Shown piece by piece: positions 20,191-30,225 of a stretch of 64,000 nt of DNA. The stretch's first letter is position 1. Each line of letters begins with the position of its first letter. Position numbers and translations under genes: made by a program. Source of the stretch: an uncultured delta proteobacterium (lineage in GTDB: Bacteria > Myxococcota > B64-G9). Under the pieces are notes generated by a model. That model did not search any database. It was not told the DNA's origin and saw only the letters and a list, made by a program, of their open reading frames with translations. The DNA is taken from positions 1,280,001-1,344,000 of the forward strand of contig CAVWHX010000004.1 of NCBI GenBank assembly GCA_963754925.1, read 5' to 3'.

Positions 20191-21831
20191 TTATGGAGCC
20201 AGTTCCTGTTGGTTTACGCTGACTCGAAAAAAACCATCCTCTTCGCATGATTGGCAATACTCAACGTGATAATGTTTTGTTCTGTCGCAAGACCATGGAT
20301 TGGAAGCAAAAAGAAAACTGATCGGTTTCTCGATAAAATAAGAAGTATTTTCCAACGTACAACATTTGTCATATTGAAGCCTTATTGTTAATGGTGTTAT
20401 TGGTAGAAAATGCTCAGATGTCTCTTTCGAAAAGCCCAGTGAAAAACGAATCGGAGGACGAGGCGCGGTTCTTTCTATTTCAGAAAATGATACAATGCCA
20501 AAAATAAGAACGGGGACTAATAATATTCCTATCCACTGTATTTTTAATTTTTTCGTGATATCTGAAATAATTACAGCTCCGACAAGTATCATAAGGAAGA
20601 AAGGAAGCCAATAATAGCGAAGAGAATTAGATCTGAGTATCATTGGTAATAGAGGAAATGAAACAATAAACCAAAGCACCAAGAAGCCATAAGCTTCAGC
20701 ACCAATTATACCCGCATGAACTGCTTGCCATGCTTTTATTATTGCATAAACCAACAAGAAAAGTATCAATGCGCCAAATAACCAAATCAATAATAAAATA
20801 ATAGTAGATGGTTGGAGGGATACGACTCGTTTCATCACCGCTAAATTTGACAGAATTCCAAAGAAAGCACGTCCGTGGTCCACGATAAAAGGACTAACAG
20901 CAGCGATAACCAATATTCGACATCCCCATTTTTTTCTTTGAGGATTTGAGAATAGTCTTCTGGTAGTTATCCACGTAAAGAAGGCGTTGATTTGTTTAAT
21001 GATCTTTCGAGTTGTCCTTAAGACCGCCGACTCTGTGAACCAGTATAAAAGCTCCCAAATTACAGGAATGGAATAAAACAGAGCAAAGGTAAGCTCTGAA
21101 TGCTTTTCAACCAAAATTTCAGGAATAAAGCGCTTCGACAAAATAATTGATGATAGTAGGCAACCAAATATTGTCAGGTTGGCTAGGCGGAGGTAAGAAG
21201 GCGTCGGCTTAAAACAACCAGCATATAACATACTTGCAGCAACCAATGTCAAAGGAACACAAGCAAAAATGAGATGATTGAAACAACCGAGCCAAATAAC
21301 GTAAAATAACAACAAACTCAACAAATGCCATTTGACCTTAATGATTTCTGACTTGAGACGTAACAGTATAATAATGATCGAAAAAATCACTACTAAGAAT
21401 AGGAAATTAAAGGTCCAAACTTCCCATGCCACGCGACTAAACCAAAGAAAATAAAGTGACGATCCTAATAAACATAATGCAATAAAAGCAGACCTCGGCC
21501 CAAATAAAACTAACAATACAACGGCCATTAAACCAGCGGCAACCACATTAGCAATAACTGTGAGAATTCGAAGAGAAAATACATCGACCCCAAATTGATT
21601 GAAAATATTTGCGAGAGAAAGTGAGTAAAGGGATCCAGTATACCAATTCATTCCGTTGATGGAGTTTGCGCCCACAGACATGAATTTAACACCATCAAGC
21701 CCGAACCAGGCCTCATCCCCATGTAAACCGGGAAACGTGTCGAGGTGGTGCGTCATAATCCATGTAAAATATACGCAAAACGCCACTATCCATGCTAGAT
21801 GGCTAATTAACGGGACGGATTTGTTAGACAT
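20191..21831 (-). CDS. Polytopic membrane protein, probable GT-C glycosyltransferase
   Basis: 'PGLHGDEAW' first-loop motif, 'SRVAWE', many TM helices; strongly AT-rich. Confidence 0.65.
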   Translation of the reverse strand: MSNKSVPLISHLAWIVAFCVYFTWIMTHHLDTFPGLHGDEAWFGLDGVKFMSVGANSINGMNWYTGSLYSLSLANIFNQFGVDVFSLRILTVIANVVAAGLMAVVLLVLFGPRSAFIALCLLGSSLYFLWFSRVAWEVWTFNFLFLVVIFSIIIILLRLKSEIIKVKWHLLSLLLFYVIWLGCFNHLIFACVPLTLVAASMLYAGCFKPTPSYLRLANLTIFGCLLSSIILSKRFIPEILVEKHSELTFALFYSIPVIWELLYWFTESAVLRTTRKIIKQINAFFTWITTRRLFSNPQRKKWGCRILVIAAVSPFIVDHGRAFFGILSNLAVMKRVVSLQPSTIILLLIWLFGALILFLLVYAIIKAWQAVHAGIIGAEAYGFLVLWFIVSFPLLPMILRSNSLRYYWLPFFLMILVGAVIISDITKKLKIQWIGILLVPVLIFGIVSFSEIERTAPRPPIRFSLGFSKETSEHFLPITPLTIRLQYDKCCTLENTSYFIEKPISFLFASNPWSCDRTKHYHVEYCQSCEEDGFFRVSVNQQELAP

Positions 21832-22985
21832 TGCTCGCTATCCACAGGATCTTCATGTTTTGTGATAGTTTTAACTAGCAAGACAATTAATACAATAAGA
21901 ATGATGTTTTTGATTCCTATTGAGATGGCAAACCAATAAGATGTTTGATCCAAATTTTTATATGCTATTGGAAAATATAAATAGGTCGCCACGTCAAACG
22001 CGATTACCGCCCAGGCTTCCCTTTTATTGGAGATCCATACTATCAGAAAAGGCGTTGCCCAAATGATCCATTGGGGCGAATAAAACTTGGAAAAGAGCAT
22101 GAAACACAAAATAGATATTGCGGACCAGGCGTAAACATTCCTCGGCGTTCGGATATCAGCGCGCAGCGCAAATGGCACCGTGCAAAATTGCAGTAAGAAA
22201 AATAAAAAATAACCATAGGCTGTTGCGATGTTAATGTCGAAGAGACTGCTGAAAATCCAATACACCTGGTAGAATAAACTTTCTAAATTGTAGCCTCGAT
22301 CCAAATGATAGCGATAGGGAACGAACAATGCATCGAAACCGGAATGTAAAATTGTCAACAAGACAAACAGCGCGCCGGTCACGATGAATACGCCGATCAT
22401 GCCGAAATCAATTCTATTTTTCTTAAGGTAGGCGAATCTGAAAAACACTGGAAAAATGACGATCAAATACCATTTTGAAACCACACCCAAGGCTAGAAAA
22501 ATCGCCGCGGTGCGATAGCGCTCCTTCAATAAGAAATAAACGCTTATGATTCCTAATAAGGCAGGCAGGACGTCATAGCGCTGGTGGGCGAAAAAGAGAC
22601 CCGCGGGAAGTAACATTAGGAAAGCGTAATTTTTCGCATTCGATCGCATCGAAAATAAGATCAGGATGGTGCCAAAAAGTAGCACCATCATCAGCAGTGA
22701 AAAGATGAGCTTGTAATCTGTCTCGTCATAGGAGCCGCTTACACCGTTGGCGATGATATGAGGCAGGGCGAAAAAGTAGGTGGCCAGTTGCGGGTAGGGG
22801 CTATCGATATCTTGATAGGGTTTTTGGTTAAGCGTGTACCAGCTTCCATAGCGGTAGTAATTGTCAACATCGTAATGATCAAACAGTCCTTTTTCTCGTC
22901 GGCCGACAAAATGAACCAGAAGAGCAAATGCAATTAAACCAAAAAATAACATAATAAACTTGCGGGAGATCAATGATGAAAACAT
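21807..22985 (-). CDS. GT87-like (DUF2029) membrane glycosyltransferase
   Basis: PYQD..SPYPQLA, RYDVLPA, GVVSKWY, SKFYSPQWIIW. Confidence 0.75.
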   Translation of the reverse strand: MFSSLISRKFIMLFFGLIAFALLVHFVGRREKGLFDHYDVDNYYRYGSWYTLNQKPYQDIDSPYPQLATYFFALPHIIANGVSGSYDETDYKLIFSLLMMVLLFGTILILFSMRSNAKNYAFLMLLPAGLFFAHQRYDVLPALLGIISVYFLLKERYRTAAIFLALGVVSKWYLIVIFPVFFRFAYLKKNRIDFGMIGVFIVTGALFVLLTILHSGFDALFVPYRYHLDRGYNLESLFYQVYWIFSSLFDINIATAYGYFLFFLLQFCTVPFALRADIRTPRNVYAWSAISILCFMLFSKFYSPQWIIWATPFLIVWISNKREAWAVIAFDVATYLYFPIAYKNLDQTSYWFAISIGIKNIILIVLIVLLVKTITKHEDPVDSEQCLTNPSR

Positions 22986-23237
22986 CTTTTCCTATCCAGG
23001 TTAGTGATTCGAAACGTGCCCCCATTAACATTGACCTCAACCTAGATCCGAACTTGTGAGCTTGTCAAAGAGTGCGCTCGCCAGATTGGTTGTCCTTTGA
23101 AGTTGGGTGCCAGGAGAACGTTAGGAACTGGCCCTGGCGCGCCATTGTTTTCGGATTTAAATCGCGTACGTGCAGTTGACTCTGCCACCGGTCCGTAGTA
23201 TTGATAGTATAAGCTTTTTTTTAGGAGGGCTTCAGCG

Positions 23238-23612
23238 ATGGCCACGCGCGTGTTGGTTGTTGATGACGCGGTTTTTATGCGCAGCACCATCAAGGAAATT
23301 TTTACCAGTAATGGTTTCGAGATCGCGGGTGAAGCGGCCAACGGGATTGAGGCGGTTGAGAAGTACCGAGATCTCAAGCCCGATCTGGTCACTATGGATA
23401 TCGTTATGCCTTACAAGAATGGCATCGAAGCCACGCGGGAAATTGTGCGCGAGAATAAAAACGCCAACGTTATCATTTGTAGCGCCCTTGGCCAGGAGGC
23501 GCTGGTCACTGAAGCAATCGAGGCGGGAGCAACGGACTTCATCGTCAAGCCGTTCCGTCCAGAGAACGTCATCCAAGTGGTCAAAAAGGCCTTGGCCGTC
23601 GTCCGGCACTGA
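23238..23612 (+). CDS. cheY: CheY-type response regulator, DifD-like
   Basis: VLVVDDAVFMR, MDIVMP, CSALGQE, FIVKPF; AGGAGG RBS. Confidence 0.93.
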   Translation: MATRVLVVDDAVFMRSTIKEIFTSNGFEIAGEAANGIEAVEKYRDLKPDLVTMDIVMPYKNGIEATREIVRENKNANVIICSALGQEALVTEAIEAGATDFIVKPFRPENVIQVVKKALAVVRH

Positions 23613-23664
23613 CGGATTAACGGCATACGGTTCGCCGATGGGTGTCCACGCACGGGGTAGAGTG

Positions 23665-25689
23665 ATGGATATGTCCAAATACCGGGCGCTCTTCATCAGT
23701 GAAGTTGATGAGCGCTTGAGTGCTCTGGAGCGGGAGCTGGTTGAGCTCGAACGCCAACCTAACGAGGCTGCCCGGATCGATGAAGTCTTTCGGCACCTGC
23801 ACTCGATCAAAGGCATGTCCGCATCGATGGGCCAGCAGGAGATTTCTCGCCTGGCTCATCGGCTTGAGGACCTCATGGCGTGCCCGCGCGGTTCTACCGC
23901 GGCGGTTTCCAGGGCCGAGCTGGACGTTCTATTGAGCGGTCTCGACGAAATGCGTAGCCGCATGAAGGCGGTCACCGAGAATCGCACGGTTCCCGAGGTG
24001 CCGGCCGCGCTGTTTATGCGGATTGACGAGGTGATCAAGCGCGTGCAAGCCGAGGGTCCCCCACCGGAGAGGCGCCAACCGGCGCAGTCACCGTTTGCAC
24101 TTTCCCCGCCGACCACGACATCGGTTGATGATGCCGGTGATGCTTACCTTATTACGGTGGATATCGCCGACGACTGCCAGCTGCCCGCAGTGAGGGCCGT
24201 GGTGGTGTATAAGCGATTGGGCGACTGTGGTCGACTTGAATGGGTTCAACCCACGCTGGAGGAATTGCGTACCGGACAACGAGCGGTAGTGCAACTGAAT
24301 ATGTGCCTCCGGACAAAGCGGCTGCAAGCTGAAATTCGGCAGGTGCTCGAATCTATCCCCGAGTTGGACGGGATTGAGGTCACACCCGCCGCCGCGCCCC
24401 CCGAGCAACCGGTTGTGTCGACGCCACCGACACCCTCCGCGCCCCTGGTCCCTGCCACGCCAGCGATAGCGCAGCCATCCTCGGTGCCGCTAGCCGAACA
24501 TCCGGTTGGCCATGAAACCGTGCGCGTACGAACCAATTTACTTGATAACTTAGTCGACACCGTGGGTGAGTTGCTCACCCTGCGCGCGACGTTTGAAGAA
24601 CTCTCCGAGCGCATCAGCGATCCCGTTCTGCGCGAGGGAGTACGCCGGTTTACGGCGGTGGTACATCAACTGCAGGATCGGGTGTTGGAAGTGCGCATGG
24701 TTTCGGTAATGTTGCTCACGCAACGCTTGCCGAGAATCTGTCGGGATCTCGCCCACAGTCAAGGCAAGCAACTGCGCTTTACCATCAGCGGGGAAGAGGT
24801 CGAGCTGGATCGGGCGCTAGTGGAAGCGCTTGACACCCCCCTGCTGCACCTGTTGCGCAACGCGGTTGACCATGGGATCGAGGCCCCCGATGAGCGTGCG
24901 CGCCTCGACAAACCTTCTGAGGGCAATCTCGAACTGAGCTTCAGCAGGGTACAAGATAGGGTTTTTCTCAAGCTTTCTGATGACGGACGTGGGATCGATC
25001 CCGAACGGGTGCTGCGACGGGCACACGATCTCAAACTGGTACCGGCCGAACGCACGAAAATCGACCAGGCCGAGGCCTTTGAGTTACTTTTTCGACCGGG
25101 ATTTTCCACGAGCGTTGGGATTAGCGCGGTTTCGGGACGCGGTGTCGGGTTGGATGTCGTGCGCAACGCGATTACGCGCCTGGGCGGAAGGGTATCGGTA
25201 ACGTCGCAGGTAGGTCGCGGGACCGCCTTTACCTTAGACCTGCCATTGACGCTCGCTGTTCTGCAGGTGTTACTGGTGGAGGTTGGCCCACATTTGCTCG
25301 CGCTGCCAGCCGCGCGAGTCGTACGGGCGGTGGCAGTTCATCCCGGGCAAGTGACCGTTGCGGGGGAGGGGCAACAGGTGAATTTGGGTGGAGAGTCGTA
25401 CGCCTTCATCGATCTTCTTCATTTGTTGGGGGATACATCGGGCGATCGGCGACCGTTGGCTAACGAGGCAATCGTACTCAGTGGCGAACCGCTCCTTGCC
25501 GTGGGTGTCAACCGCATTACCGGTCAGCGCGAGGTGGTGCTTAAGAGCATTGGGCCGCTGTTCCAACGATTGGGACCGTTTTCTGGTTCCACGGTATTGG
25601 GTGATGGCCAGCCGTTGTTGATCCTTGACGTGGATGCACTGCTGCGACTCAGCGGTCGGGCGCGCGGAGAGCGAGCACATGGTTCCTGA
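23665..25689 (+). CDS. cheA: Chemotaxis histidine kinase CheA, DifE-like
   Basis: Hpt HSIKGMSASM, P2-like domain, HLLRNAVDHGIE, DDGRGID, PGFST..VSGRGVGLDVV, CheW domain. Start MDMSKY at 23665. Confidence 0.93.
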   Translation: MDMSKYRALFISEVDERLSALERELVELERQPNEAARIDEVFRHLHSIKGMSASMGQQEISRLAHRLEDLMACPRGSTAAVSRAELDVLLSGLDEMRSRMKAVTENRTVPEVPAALFMRIDEVIKRVQAEGPPPERRQPAQSPFALSPPTTTSVDDAGDAYLITVDIADDCQLPAVRAVVVYKRLGDCGRLEWVQPTLEELRTGQRAVVQLNMCLRTKRLQAEIRQVLESIPELDGIEVTPAAAPPEQPVVSTPPTPSAPLVPATPAIAQPSSVPLAEHPVGHETVRVRTNLLDNLVDTVGELLTLRATFEELSERISDPVLREGVRRFTAVVHQLQDRVLEVRMVSVMLLTQRLPRICRDLAHSQGKQLRFTISGEEVELDRALVEALDTPLLHLLRNAVDHGIEAPDERARLDKPSEGNLELSFSRVQDRVFLKLSDDGRGIDPERVLRRAHDLKLVPAERTKIDQAEAFELLFRPGFSTSVGISAVSGRGVGLDVVRNAITRLGGRVSVTSQVGRGTAFTLDLPLTLAVLQVLLVEVGPHLLALPAARVVRAVAVHPGQVTVAGEGQQVNLGGESYAFIDLLHLLGDTSGDRRPLANEAIVLSGEPLLAVGVNRITGQREVVLKSIGPLFQRLGPFSGSTVLGDGQPLLILDVDALLRLSGRARGERAHGS

Positions 25690-26431
25690 GGCGTTACGGA
25701 AACTGCTTACCGAAGTCTCGACCGGACAATTGGCGGTTGAAGAAGCCCTGCAAAAACTCAAGCAGCAGCCGTTTGAGGATCTGGGGTTTGCTCGGGTTGA
25801 TCTGCACCGCGGATTGCGGCGTGGTTTTCCTGAGGTGGTCTTTGGCCAGGGCAAGACCACCGATCAAATCTTCGCCATTGCCGAAAGTCTGATCGCTCAT
25901 GGCGGACCGCTCTTGATCACCCGCCTTTCGCCCGAGGCAACGGCGGAACTCGCGAAGCGCTTTCCAGCGGGAGTAGTTAATGACGCTGCGCATTCATTCT
26001 ATTGGGTGAAGGAACCGCCGGTTGAGGTCGGACGGGGAGTAGTGCTGGTGGTTTCGGCCGGAACGTCCGATCTGCCGGTGGCCGAGGAAGCCGCCTTGAC
26101 CGCGTGGTTGATGGGCAGCCGCGTCGAACGCCTCTTTGACGTCGGGGTGGCCGGGCTGCACCGATTGCTGCACGATCGAGCCGCACTCGAGCGGGCCGCA
26201 GTGCTGGTTGTGGTGGCCGGCATGGAGGGGGCGCTGCCGTCGGTGATTGGCGGGTTGACCGACCGACCGATAATCGCCTGCCCCACCAGTGTGGGTTACG
26301 GCGCAAGCTTCAACGGCTTGGCGGCTCTCTTAGGCATGCTCAATTGCTGCGCTCCCGGCGTGACCGTGGTCAACATCGACAACGGGTTCGGGGCAGGTTA
26401 TGCTGCCGCATTGATCAACCGCGACCATTAA
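25679..26431 (+). CDS. larB: Nickel-pincer cofactor biosynthesis protein LarB
   Basis: RRGFPEVVFGQGKT, SAGTSDLPVAEEA, DVGVAGLHRL, AGMEGALPSV, PTSVGYG, VVNIDNGFGA. Confidence 0.95.
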   Translation: MVPEALRKLLTEVSTGQLAVEEALQKLKQQPFEDLGFARVDLHRGLRRGFPEVVFGQGKTTDQIFAIAESLIAHGGPLLITRLSPEATAELAKRFPAGVVNDAAHSFYWVKEPPVEVGRGVVLVVSAGTSDLPVAEEAALTAWLMGSRVERLFDVGVAGLHRLLHDRAALERAAVLVVVAGMEGALPSVIGGLTDRPIIACPTSVGYGASFNGLAALLGMLNCCAPGVTVVNIDNGFGAGYAAALINRDH

Positions 26432-26442
26432 GGTAGCTGACC

Positions 26443-27668
26443 GTGCGCGTACTGCACTTCGATATTATTGGGGGGATCGCCGGTGACATGACCGTCGCCG
26501 CCCTGACCAGCCTGGGCGCGCCGATTCAACCACTGCATGAAGCGCTTCAGGCCATGGGCCTGGGTCAGGTGCTGGTTGCGGTCAAGCCGGTCGAGGTGAA
26601 CGGAATCGGTGCGCTCCGGTTAACGGTAGAATTCCCTCCTGAGCATGTCCATAGAACGCTGGCCGATACTCTTGTGCTGTTGTCGGCGGCCAAGCTCGAA
26701 GCGACGGTTCATACGCGAGCCGAGGCTATCTTTCGGCGACTAGCCGAGGCCGAGGGACGGGTGCATGGTATACCGCCCGAGCAGGTTCAATTCCATGAGG
26801 TTGGGGCGCTCGATTCGATCACCGACATCATCGGCTGCGCTCTGGCGATTTCATACTTCAAACCAGACCAGATCAGCTCCTCGCCCGCGCCGTTGGGTCG
26901 AGGTCTCAGCGCAAGCCGGCACGGTGTTCTCCCGTTGCCGGCGCCGGCGACCGTTGAATTGCTGCGTGGCCTGCCGAGCCGCGGGGTGGAGATCGAAGCC
27001 GGTTAACCACGCCGACGGGTGCGGCAATTCTTGCCACCCAGGCAGAGCGATTCTGCGCCTGGCCGAATGGCGTCGTCACGAATGTCGGCTACGGGGCAGG
27101 GAGCCATCTCCTGGCTGACCGGCCGAATCTTTTGCGGGCAGTGCTCATCGAGCAGCCGATTTCTCAGGGGGCCGAAGAAGTCCTGGTTGAGGCCAACCTC
27201 GACACCATGAATCCCGAGCATTTCGAGCATATCATCGACTGCCTGCTCGATGCCGGTGCGCTCGATGTATGGCTCCAACCGATCATTATGAAGAAATCCC
27301 GCCCCGCGGTTATACTTGCCTTCTTATGCGATGCCAACCGCTGTGCGGCGCTTGAGCGGATCGTGCTGATGGAGTCAAGCACCATCGGGCTGCGCCGGCA
27401 GGTTGTTTCACGGTATAAACTTGCACGGCAGATGGTTTCTGTGATAACGCCCTACGGCGAGGTACGAGTAAAGGTAGCCGGGGAAGAGAGCGCGCCGTTT
27501 TCGATCGCACCTGAATACGAAGACTGCCGTCGGATTGCGCGCGAGAAACACATTCCTCTTAAAACGGTTTACCAGGCGGCCACCTGGGCCTATCAACAGG
27601 GTAACCAATCGGGCAGTACGCACGGGAACAGAGATCGAGATGTTAGAGGAAACTCCCATGATACGTAA
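26443..27668 (+). CDS. larC: Nickel insertase LarC, split by a missing base at about 27001-27003
   Basis: GIAGDM, AEAEGRVHG, FHEVGALDSITDI, PAPATVELL. The second frame continues LTTPTGAA..GYGAG..RPNLLR, EANLD, MKKSRP, PEYEDC. Confidence 0.92.
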
Positions 27669-29883
27669 GAAGATAAAGGTCACTCATCCCTTGCTTGACG
27701 GCCTCAGCGCTGAATTGGTGGAGGCGTTTTTTGAAGACGCCTGTACGGAACCCCACGCCATACTTGGTGTCCATGAATTCACCCGTTCTGGTCGCAGCGG
27801 CCTCGTGGTGCGTGTTTTTCATCCTGACGCGACCGCGGCCGAGATCATAGTGGGGGATCATGCGCGCGTTCCGGCCGAGGCGGTTGCGCTGGGCCTGTTC
27901 GCTACGTTCCTACCGGATCAGCATTTTCCGTTCAGCTACCGCGTGTGTTTCACTTTTGCGGACGGTAAGAGCTGGTCTGGCGACGACCCCTATCGATTCC
28001 TGCCAACCCTCAATGAGGAAGACTTAAAGCTGCTGGCGGTGGGTCGGCATCTGAAGGTATACGAGAAGCTTGGCGCTCACCCGTGTCGTATCGATGGTTG
28101 TGATGGGGTTGCCTTCGCGGTCTGGGCGCCGAATGCCAAACGCGTTTCGCTCATCGGTGAATTCAATGCGTGGGATGGCCGGATCTTTCCGATGCGTCGC
28201 CTGGGCGTCTCCGGCATCTGGGAGTTATTTGTTCCCGCCATTCAGATGGGAATGTTGTATAAATTCGAACTCAAAACTCAAGAGGGAATGCTCAGGCCGA
28301 AGACCGATCCCTTTGCCTTTGCCATGGAGCTGCGGCCGGAGACCGCCTCGCTGGTTTGTGGGCTGTCAACCTACCAGTGGGGAGACGAGCACTGGATGGA
28401 GGAACGCAAAGGTCGGGATTTGCGTAATTCCCCGATGGCCATATACGAGGTACATCTGGGGTCCTGGCAGCGCATGCCAGGCGAAGCGCACCGCTGGCTG
28501 ACCTATCGTGAGCTGGCCGAGCGATTGGTCCCCCATATGCATAACCATGGTTTTAATTACCTCGAACTCCTGCCGGTGGCCGAGCATTCCTTTGATCCCT
28601 CGTGGGGCTACCAGGTAACCGGTTACTATGCACCGACCAGCCGTTATGGCTCCCCCGACGACTTTCGCTTTTTTGTAGACCAATGTCACCAGGCGGGGAT
28701 CGGTGTCATACTCGATTGGGTGCCGGCGCATTTTCCCCGGGACGATTTCTCATTGCGGCGTTTCGACGGCACCGCTCTGTATGAGCACGACGACCCGCGC
28801 CTCGGCGAGCACAAGGAGTGGGGGACGCTGGTCTTCAATTACGGCCGTCATGAGGTTCGCAATTTCCTGGTGAGCAACGCGCTGTACTGGCTTGAACAAT
28901 TTCATATCGATGGGCTGCGAGTCGACGCGGTGGCCTCGATGATCTACCTGGATTACAACCGCAAGGATGGCGAGTGGGTGCCGAATCGGTATGGCGGCAA
29001 AGAGAACCTCGAGGCCCTGGCGTTTTTACGCGAATTCAATACCGAGGTGTATGCCCACTTCCCGGGCGCCTTTACCGTGGCCGAGGAATCGACGGCTTTC
29101 GGGGGGGTTTCTCGGCCCGTGTACCTGGGCGGCCTTGGGTTTGGTTTCAAGTGGAACATGGGGTGGATGAACGATACCCTGCGATACTTCCGTAAGGATC
29201 CGATCCACCGCAAGTACCACCATAACGACCTGACCTTCAGCATGCTGTATGCCTATACCGAGAATTTTATTCTGCCGCTTTCGCACGACGAAGTGGCGCA
29301 GGGCAAGGGATCACTGTACGACCAGATGCCGGGCGATCACTGGCAGCGCCTGGCCAATTTGCGGCTTCTCTACAGTTTCATGTTCTCGCATCCGGGTAAG
29401 AAGCTGCTCTTCATGGGGGCCGAGTTTGGACAGGGTCGGGAGTGGAATGTATACCACAGCCTCGACTGGCATGAGGCGACCGAGAAAGAGCGCGGCGGCT
29501 TGCAGCGTTTTGTCAAAGACCTGGTTCGGTTCTACAACAATGAAAAAGCGCTCTACGCCAACGAAATGGAGCCCGGGGGATTTTTCTGGATCGACTGCAA
29601 TGATGCAGCCAACGGCGTCATATCGTACCTGCGCTGGGGAGCGGGCGAAGATATTATCGTCGTGCTTAACCTTTCGCCGGTGGTGCGCACGCGGTATCGT
29701 ATTGGTGCCCCGCGTCCAGGGCGCTATCGCGAGGTTCTGAACTCCGACGCGAACCAGTACGGGGGCAGCGGCGTTGGTAACGGTGAATATGTGGCGACAC
29801 TACCCGAAGCAATGCACGGGCATCCCCAGTGCTTTCAATTGACACTCCCGCCACTGGGTGCGCTTTTTCTTAAGTCGAGTTAA
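27658..29883 (+). CDS. glgB: 1,4-alpha-glucan branching enzyme
   Basis: FAVWAPNA, IYEVHLGSW, SWGYQ, DWVPAHF, DGLRVDAVASM, AEEST, KWNMGWM, LSHDEV. Confidence 0.97.
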   Translation: MIRKKIKVTHPLLDGLSAELVEAFFEDACTEPHAILGVHEFTRSGRSGLVVRVFHPDATAAEIIVGDHARVPAEAVALGLFATFLPDQHFPFSYRVCFTFADGKSWSGDDPYRFLPTLNEEDLKLLAVGRHLKVYEKLGAHPCRIDGCDGVAFAVWAPNAKRVSLIGEFNAWDGRIFPMRRLGVSGIWELFVPAIQMGMLYKFELKTQEGMLRPKTDPFAFAMELRPETASLVCGLSTYQWGDEHWMEERKGRDLRNSPMAIYEVHLGSWQRMPGEAHRWLTYRELAERLVPHMHNHGFNYLELLPVAEHSFDPSWGYQVTGYYAPTSRYGSPDDFRFFVDQCHQAGIGVILDWVPAHFPRDDFSLRRFDGTALYEHDDPRLGEHKEWGTLVFNYGRHEVRNFLVSNALYWLEQFHIDGLRVDAVASMIYLDYNRKDGEWVPNRYGGKENLEALAFLREFNTEVYAHFPGAFTVAEESTAFGGVSRPVYLGGLGFGFKWNMGWMNDTLRYFRKDPIHRKYHHNDLTFSMLYAYTENFILPLSHDEVAQGKGSLYDQMPGDHWQRLANLRLLYSFMFSHPGKKLLFMGAEFGQGREWNVYHSLDWHEATEKERGGLQRFVKDLVRFYNNEKALYANEMEPGGFFWIDCNDAANGVISYLRWGAGEDIIVVLNLSPVVRTRYRIGAPRPGRYREVLNSDANQYGGSGVGNGEYVATLPEAMHGHPQCFQLTLPPLGALFLKSS

Positions 29884-30225
29884 CCTCGCGCAATTTCTTG
29901 GTTGCATCTTTGTACACGGAACAATGTCCGAAAATCTCTTCTTGGAACAAGAATACATTCTCGTGATATTTGATAAAATCAATCAGCCGATCAAATAGAA
30001 TTTTGTCTTCACAACTGTGCTCAAATTGATATGCGCTGAAGCGTCATTAAAGTAGTAGGTATATGCGAACATTATTATGAACTATGCAAGAACTGACGAG
30101 AATAAGAATAAACCTGCAAGGTGCAATCTCTTGACAATTCGAATTCGGCTAACCAAGGAATTGCAAGAACGACGATTTTTTTCTATAGTTTGTCCCGCGG
30201 ATTATTTAAACATCGATAAGGGGAA

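Noticed and set aside
23170..23664. N-terminal extension of the 839-aa CheA ORF
   Set aside because: It overlaps the real cheY gene in another frame; the Hpt domain starts at ATG 23665.
26990..27010. Programmed ribosomal frameshift in larC (known for Lactobacillus larC)
   Set aside because: The break is inside the conserved ELTTPTG motif (GAG lost its A), there is no slippery run, and similar indels occur throughout the window.
30085..30176. Repeated TGCAAGAAC(T)GACGA upstream of malQ
   Set aside because: Only two imperfect short copies; may be regulator sites but cannot be supported.
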